Positions 58,718-64,000 of a stretch of DNA of 64,000 bases are shown in pieces (the stretch's first letter is position 1; every line of letters starts with the position of its first letter). The notes beneath the pieces are model-generated. The model was not told where the DNA came from. It ran no database searches and saw only the letters and a program-made list of their open reading frames with translations. The translations under genes and the position numbers were made by a program. Origin of the DNA: an uncultured Chryseobacterium sp. (GTDB taxonomy: Bacteria > Bacteroidota > Bacteroidia > UBA10329); contig CAYWET010000006.1 in NCBI GenBank assembly GCA_964457245.1, forward strand, positions 21,098 to 85,097. Direction: 5' to 3'.

Positions 58718-60214
58718 ATGAAACAAAGCTTTAGCCTCCTTCTTTTAATGATTTTGAGCCACGCGGTCATTTCGCAGAACTGCAACCTTACCGAAGACCG
58801 AAAAGACGGCTACGGGAACATACTTCGTGGTACAGAATGGTCATATACCGATGCCAGTGGCAACTACATGCACCTTCAGTTAGACCGAACCAAGGATCGA
58901 TATACGTTTGTTGTTAGTCTGGATCAGCCCACAAGTAGCGCGGTTAGGTTTAAGATAGATGGAGAGATTCATCCTATCATATTCAATCTTAGCAATGGAG
59001 CAACCGCTAAAGCTTGGGTAAGCGAAAGCCGTGTCTATGAAAGCGAGAACGGTACAGACCGCGTAGCATTTGCAGAACAGTACACTTTTGATGCTTCTGG
59101 TCTTGCAAACTTTGATAATGCAAGAGTAACCGCCATTGTTTTCCGATGCAGTGGTCGCTCGCTTTCAACAGGAAATGCGGTGAATGAAATTCGAATTGTT
59201 CCTGATCTCGAAGCTGGAGAAAGTCTGAGTAATGCCATGAGTTGTCTTCAGAAAGAAGATGAAGCAGTTGCGCTCAAACCAGCTCCCAAACCACGAAAAG
59301 AGTCGCATGCAATCACTACTTCCACTTCAGGAAGCGCCACTTCAGACGCTCTAATGAGAGAACTGATCCAAGTAGTTGGAGAAGGCACCAAGAACATTGA
59401 TGAAAGTGTGAAAGAAAGTGGCACTACCCAAATGGAACAGAACATGTTGATGATGGAGAAGCTTGAAAACCTTTCCGCGGCCATAGAAAAACTCAACGAA
59501 ACCAAAAAAGAGGAAAAGGAATTTGTACCACGTGTATTCGGATTTGGTGCTTACTTCAAAACCAATTTTCTTTTTAGCGAAATTGATATGAACTACGGAC
59601 TGGCGGAAGCTCAGGTTTCTAAATTCCTTTCTGGAACCAGTATTAACATGTCATTGAATGCAGGGATGAGGGCTCGTGTTGGTTTTAGGTTTGAGATTAC
59701 TGCCGATTTTCTTACGTCTTTCAACGAGGTCGTTAAGTACACCGATAGCATCTACCCTCGAACAGTTACTCCCGACACCATTTATTTTGGACAACCGTAT
59801 CTTGAAACGTTTGAAAGAAGTCAAACCTGGTCGTTCTATGATGTTGGTTTGAACCCCTTGCTTGTCATTCGAAGGGGTAAGGTGAACATTTATCTCGGTT
59901 TGTCAGCATCATACATCAGGATTGAAGGAAAGTACAAGGATTCGAGCCCAAGTCAGCTTCAGGATCGTAAAGAGACAGGACAGATAACCGCGTTCAGACA
60001 AGGGGTATCACTTGGGTTTATTTTAGGAGGGGAGTATCTTATTACACCGCATTTTGGCGTTCGGGTTGAATCTGGATTAAGGTATTTTGGCATCGGAAAA
60101 ACGGTAATAAGCAGCAATGACTTATTTGAATATGATGATGACTCGAGTGTAGGGGACAATCGGCAAAACGTTTTCGGTTCGTTCGCGAGAATAGGCGGGA
60201 GTTTTTATTTCTAA
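58718..60214 (+). CDS. Secreted hypothetical protein with a C-terminal beta-barrel-like domain, 498 aa
   Basis: Signal peptide. C-terminal alternating pattern ending ...FARIGGSFYF (terminal aromatic). Confidence 0.5.
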   Translation: MKQSFSLLLLMILSHAVISQNCNLTEDRKDGYGNILRGTEWSYTDASGNYMHLQLDRTKDRYTFVVSLDQPTSSAVRFKIDGEIHPIIFNLSNGATAKAWVSESRVYESENGTDRVAFAEQYTFDASGLANFDNARVTAIVFRCSGRSLSTGNAVNEIRIVPDLEAGESLSNAMSCLQKEDEAVALKPAPKPRKESHAITTSTSGSATSDALMRELIQVVGEGTKNIDESVKESGTTQMEQNMLMMEKLENLSAAIEKLNETKKEEKEFVPRVFGFGAYFKTNFLFSEIDMNYGLAEAQVSKFLSGTSINMSLNAGMRARVGFRFEITADFLTSFNEVVKYTDSIYPRTVTPDTIYFGQPYLETFERSQTWSFYDVGLNPLLVIRRGKVNIYLGLSASYIRIEGKYKDSSPSQLQDRKETGQITAFRQGVSLGFILGGEYLITPHFGVRVESGLRYFGIGKTVISSNDLFEYDDDSSVGDNRQNVFGSFARIGGSFYF

Positions 60215-60231
60215 ATTAAAAGAAGCAGATT

Positions 60232-60771
60232 ATGTCAACGCAGACTGTAGTCGTAGTCAATCAAAAGAGCATGGCCGTTGGCCTACTGCTCACTTTTTTC
60301 TTTGGGCCTTTAGGTATGTTGTATTCAACAGTTTTAGGTGCAGTGATCATGTTCTTCGTTAACATATTGGCATTCGTTTTTACGGCAGGTATCGGCCTCT
60401 TGCTTACTTGGCCCATTGGCCTGATTTGGTCAGGAGTTGCCATCAGCAGTCATAATAGTAATCTTGTTTCTACCGGTGCCGCCACTCCACACCAAAAAAA
60501 CCAAGAAGCACAGGCCCCAAGTGCGCCCGTTACAGAGCGACCCGCTGCAACAGATCAACCACCAGTTGAAAAGACAACTCCCGCCAAAGCTTACCAAACT
60601 GTACCCAAGGCTTCGGGCTGTGCCAAGTGTGGAACCGAGATGGAAGCGGATGACAAATTCTGTTTCAACTGCGGCACCGAAAGAAAACAACAGCAGTTTT
60701 GTGCAAATTGTGGAAACACAATAACGGCCAATAACAAGTTCTGCAGTGGTTGTGGCGCCAAGGTAGCTTAA
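60232..60771 (+). CDS. TM2-domain membrane protein with a C-terminal double zinc ribbon
   Basis: Two TM helices with a GPLGMLYS motif (TM2-like). Two CxxC...CxxC pairs (CAKCG...CFNCG; CANCG...CSGCG). Confidence 0.55.
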   Translation: MSTQTVVVVNQKSMAVGLLLTFFFGPLGMLYSTVLGAVIMFFVNILAFVFTAGIGLLLTWPIGLIWSGVAISSHNSNLVSTGAATPHQKNQEAQAPSAPVTERPAATDQPPVEKTTPAKAYQTVPKASGCAKCGTEMEADDKFCFNCGTERKQQQFCANCGNTITANNKFCSGCGAKVA

Positions 60772-60802
60772 CCCCTAATATGAACCTTAAATACCCGTTA
60801 AC

Positions 60803-61546
60803 ATGAACTTTCTCACCTTCCTGTTTCCTTACATAGAAACCGTTACATCGGGAAGCTTTCTCCGAAAATTCTTTGGTATCCTGTACAAGGTTTTCGGCTG
60901 GTTTTTCTTTGGTGGCAGTATTGTAGCCATGCTTATGGGGTTGTTTGCCGCATTCAAAACAGAGCAGATGATGATTGTGCTCGGATCACTGTTCACGGCT
61001 CCGATATTGGCGGCTGGCGGTTATTTGCTTTTGCAGATAAGCCTTTACAGGTCTAAGACACTTACAGAATTGACCAAAGAAGATTATACCGCCATTCCAA
61101 TTGTTTCCATTTTTCTTCGGTACGTGGGCGAACTTTACTTTGCTGTGGTACTTGTTCAAGGGCTCATAATGCTTATAGGTTCTTTGTTTGTTGCAAATTC
61201 GTTTTTCGGTGGATTTTCGTCTATGTTGCATTGGATAGATTTGCCATTTGTTAATGAGTTACGATACAACGGAGGGGCGTTTGTTGCAGTCCTTCTTATG
61301 TACGTAGCTGCGCTTATCGGTGGGGTGCTCGTATTGTTGTTCAGTTATCTGTTGGCAGAACTGGTAGTTGTGCTGGCAGAGATAGCTTCCAACACCAGAA
61401 AGCTGAATACAGGGGTGTCGGTTCCGTTAGAAGAACAGGGCACTTCGATTACTGAAGAAGCCCCCCGGCCTGGCAAATGTTCGGCCTGCGGACAACAGAA
61501 TACCGAAGAAGACACTTTCTGTATCAACTGTGGCAATAAACTCTGA
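60803..61546 (+). CDS. Polytopic membrane protein with a C-terminal zinc ribbon
   Basis: ~6 hydrophobic helices. C-terminal CSACG...CINCG. Confidence 0.55.
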   Translation: MNFLTFLFPYIETVTSGSFLRKFFGILYKVFGWFFFGGSIVAMLMGLFAAFKTEQMMIVLGSLFTAPILAAGGYLLLQISLYRSKTLTELTKEDYTAIPIVSIFLRYVGELYFAVVLVQGLIMLIGSLFVANSFFGGFSSMLHWIDLPFVNELRYNGGAFVAVLLMYVAALIGGVLVLLFSYLLAELVVVLAEIASNTRKLNTGVSVPLEEQGTSITEEAPRPGKCSACGQQNTEEDTFCINCGNKL

Positions 61547-61551
61547 ACACC

Positions 61552-62838
61552 ATGTACTGTACTTCTTGCGGCAATCAACTTAAAGAAGGACAGAAATTCT
61601 GTCCAAAATGCGGCACACCCTCAAAGGCCGCAACAAAAACCGGCCTCGCACAAAATACTGCTGATAAAAACCTTGAAAAGGAAAGGTTGAGGCAACAGGC
61701 AGAGCAAAAGCGAATTAAAGAAGAACAGGAGGCCAAAGAACGAGAGGCTGCTAGAGAAAAACGGCAACAGGAAGAGGCCGAAAAAAGGTTGGCGATTGCC
61801 AAGGCGGAAGAGGAACGAAAAAAGCAGGAAGAACTCCAACGACAAGCTGAGTTAGAAAGAAAGGCAAGAGAAGAGGCCGAAAATGCAGCGCGTAAACAAC
61901 TTGAACAACGGGAAAGGAAGCGGATGGAGGAAATGCGTATGCCGCTACCAGACTCAATCTTACTTGCAGTGCGAACCTCTTTGCTGGAGCATGGAGTTTT
62001 TAACCAGGAACAGGTTGACGACATCTATAGAAAGACCAGAGCAGCAGGAATTGACGATGCGCGTACAAAGTTTCAATTGGAATCGGAGCTTGAACGATTT
62101 GAAAAACGGACTGTCTCACCGGTTGTGAAGGAAAAGAAGAAACCCAAACGCAGTTGGGTTGGATTGGTGTGGTTTCTTGGCATACTTCTTATCCTGGCCC
62201 TTTTGGTAGGGTTTGGTTACGTCTTCCGGCTTGAGGTATTGAATACCTTGGATAATTGGGGCCTACAGACCACAGCCCTCCGCGGAAAGTTGGGCGTAGA
62301 GAGTCAGACCAGGGTCATCGATACCATCATGGTAGATAAATTGAATGATGCCGAGGTAGGTAAGATTGAAGAACCAGACCTTACTGCAATGGAGGAATCT
62401 GATGTAATAGAAGATTCCGTTGAAGTTGGTGAGAATGAGCATGTCGGAGAAGCCGAAATCTCAACCAAAGCCGTCTATAAACCTGACCCAAAGCCTGAAC
62501 CAGTTCCTAAAACACCTCAATCTCCCAAGATCTATTCCGTTGTGGATGTCTCACCCGAATATCCGGGAGGTACCAAAGGGCTACAGTCTTTTATTGAAAG
62601 AAATATGCGCTATCCGGTCGAAGCTCGAAGAAAAGACCAAACAGGAACAGTATTTCTCAAGTATGAAGTAACCTCTGCGGGAAGTATTGGCGAGGTTCAA
62701 GTAATTCGGGGAGTTGCGCCTTCCCTAGATCAAGAAGCCGTTCGCATCATTAAAAGCATTAGTGGTTACAGCCCTGGATATAAGGACGGAAAAGCTGTCA
62801 GCACTTACCAAAATACTAAGGTTAGATTCATGTTGTGA
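61552..62838 (+). CDS. TonB-C-terminal-domain protein with an N-terminal zinc ribbon and a long ER/K-rich single alpha-helix on the cytoplasmic side of its TM segment
   Basis: N-terminus MYCTSCG...CPKCG. ~90-aa E/R/K-rich helix. TM helix WVGLVWFLGILLILALLVGFGYVF. C-terminal YSVVDVSPEYPGG...GTVFLKYEVTSAGSIGEVQVIRG... matches the TonB_C fold motif. Confidence 0.65.
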   Translation: MYCTSCGNQLKEGQKFCPKCGTPSKAATKTGLAQNTADKNLEKERLRQQAEQKRIKEEQEAKEREAAREKRQQEEAEKRLAIAKAEEERKKQEELQRQAELERKAREEAENAARKQLEQRERKRMEEMRMPLPDSILLAVRTSLLEHGVFNQEQVDDIYRKTRAAGIDDARTKFQLESELERFEKRTVSPVVKEKKKPKRSWVGLVWFLGILLILALLVGFGYVFRLEVLNTLDNWGLQTTALRGKLGVESQTRVIDTIMVDKLNDAEVGKIEEPDLTAMEESDVIEDSVEVGENEHVGEAEISTKAVYKPDPKPEPVPKTPQSPKIYSVVDVSPEYPGGTKGLQSFIERNMRYPVEARRKDQTGTVFLKYEVTSAGSIGEVQVIRGVAPSLDQEAVRIIKSISGYSPGYKDGKAVSTYQNTKVRFML

Positions 62839-62983
62839 CAAACATTGGCGCAAGCGCTCCTAACGAAAACTTGGTACAGAGTAGGAGCAAAACCAAAGTC
62901 AATTCAACTTTAAGTGATGATGCCTTTGGCTGTAAAACATTCGTATTGTACTAAAACCGTTGCTAGCGAGGAGGCATCAAAGG

Positions 62984-64000
62984 TTATAATAGTTCATTCG
63001 CCAAATTGGCCAACTCAGAACGCTCACCTTTCTCTAGTGTAACGTGAGCGTAGATTGGATTTCCTTTTACTTTCTCAATCAAATACGAAAGGCCGTTACT
63101 CTGCGTGTCCAAGTATGGCGTGTCAATCTGGAAAATATCTCCCGTAAAGATAATCTTGGTGTTCTCACCCGCACGGGTAATGATGGTTTTCACTTCGTGA
63201 GGAGTGAGGTTCTGCGCTTCATCAATAATGAAGAAGATGTTGGAAAGACTTCGCCCACGGATGTACGCCAAAGGCGTGATAAGCAGTTTTTCCTGCTCAA
63301 CCATTTGCTGTATCTGCTTAGCTTCTTTGCCTTTCTCTGGAAACTGACTCTGAATAAACTTCAGGTTATCCCAAAGCGGCTCCATGTATGGATTGATCTT
63401 ACTCTTGATGTCTCCAGGCAAATAGCCGATGTCCTTATTACTCAGCGGAACAATCGGTCTTGCGAGGAAAATCTGTCTGAAATCACGCTTTTGTTGCAGC
63501 GCACCCGCTAAAGCCAGAAGCGTTTTCCCCGTTCCAGCCACGCCTTGTAGCGTAACCAGTTTTACATTCGGGTCGAGAATGGCATGCAGGGCAAATACTT
63601 GCTCAGCATTCAGTGGTCTGATGCCGTAGGCCGTGGCTTTTTCAATTCGATGAAGCAGCCCACTTTCAGGATTGTTGTGAACCAATGCCGACTTTTTGCC
63701 ATTCTTCAGCACATAGTAATGGTTGTTCGGAGCATTTTTTAAACCAACCTTGTCGGGTTCGCAAGTTCCGTCCTTATACAGCTCGTTTATGGTGGTTGAT
63801 GAAATGCCTTCAACGGTGCTTTCTCCCTTATATATGGAGTCGACATCTTTGATTTTGCCCGTTTCGTAATCTTCCGCAAATACATTCAGCGACTTGGCTT
63901 TCAACCGTAGGTTAATGTCTTTACTCACCAAGACAACCTTGCGCTCTTTACACTCGGCTTGCAATGCCAAAGCCGCATTCAGAATTTTATGGTCGGCCTT
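62984..64000 (-). CDS. PhoH-like ATPase with an upstream PIN domain (YlaK-type); the N-terminus runs off the window
   Basis: Walker A GVAGTGKT. PhoH-type motifs ...NIFFIIDEAQNLTPHEVKTIITRAGENTKIIFTGD. ORF open to the window edge. Confidence 0.8.
   Translation of the reverse strand, partial: KADHKILNAALALQAECKERKVVLVSKDINLRLKAKSLNVFAEDYETGKIKDVDSIYKGESTVEGISSTTINELYKDGTCEPDKVGLKNAPNNHYYVLKNGKKSALVHNNPESGLLHRIEKATAYGIRPLNAEQVFALHAILDPNVKLVTLQGVAGTGKTLLALAGALQQKRDFRQIFLARPIVPLSNKDIGYLPGDIKSKINPYMEPLWDNLKFIQSQFPEKGKEAKQIQQMVEQEKLLITPLAYIRGRSLSNIFFIIDEAQNLTPHEVKTIITRAGENTKIIFTGDIFQIDTPYLDTQSNGLSYLIEKVKGNPIYAHVTLEKGERSELANLANELL

Noticed and set aside
62839-62983. Terminator between the TonB-C gene and the convergent PhoH gene.
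   Set aside because: Only imperfect, short inverted repeats without a flanking T/A run could be found by eye.

Overview
This 64-kb window looks like a chromosomal segment from a Bacteroidota genome (Flavobacteriia/Cytophagia-like). Three things support that: T9SS C-terminal sorting domains on several secreted proteins, the b558-type sdhCAB, and the conserved ileS-dksA-lspA synteny. No rRNA, tRNA, CRISPR, integrase or transposase could be supported.

The window has three parts.

(1) 330-14659: three tandem, same-strand giant paralogous genes (1535, 1545 and 1541 aa). Each encodes an N-terminal signal peptide, then 8, 12 and 12 copies respectively of an Asp-rich 38-aa (114-bp) repeat, then a tail-fiber-like beta-rich region with VGIGTT motifs. 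Each ends in a phage-tail-spike-type intramolecular chaperone domain (peptidase S74-like, S-D-x-x-x-K-x-N-I-x-P). The architecture is mosaic between the paralogs. In two of them an unusual extension of roughly 250 aa follows the chaperone domain.

(2) 14.8-44.5 kb: mostly housekeeping genes. These are sdhCAB, ileS, dksA-like, lspA, asd, pepP and a class V aminotransferase, interspersed with secreted, T9SS-cargo and outer-membrane beta-barrel proteins.

(3) 44.6-62.8 kb: a same-strand block. It starts with two tandem paralogous TPR-sensor/LytS-type histidine kinases. Next come a LytTR response regulator and an orphan LytTR-only protein. An 11-gene, tightly packed (several ATGA/4-bp overlaps) operon of uncharacterised envelope proteins follows. 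That operon contains a small Cys-rich lipopeptide, a T9SS cargo protein with CUB-like repeats, OM beta-barrel fusions and two TonB-C-like domains inside a secreted protein. It ends with three consecutive zinc-ribbon membrane proteins. The last of these is a TonB-C protein with a long cytoplasmic ER/K-rich helix. This block is my best candidate for an undescribed signalling/envelope system. The giant-paralogue cluster is the second.

A partial PhoH/PIN (YlaK-type) gene runs off the 3' end.

All domain calls are from motif recognition by eye. No searches were run.
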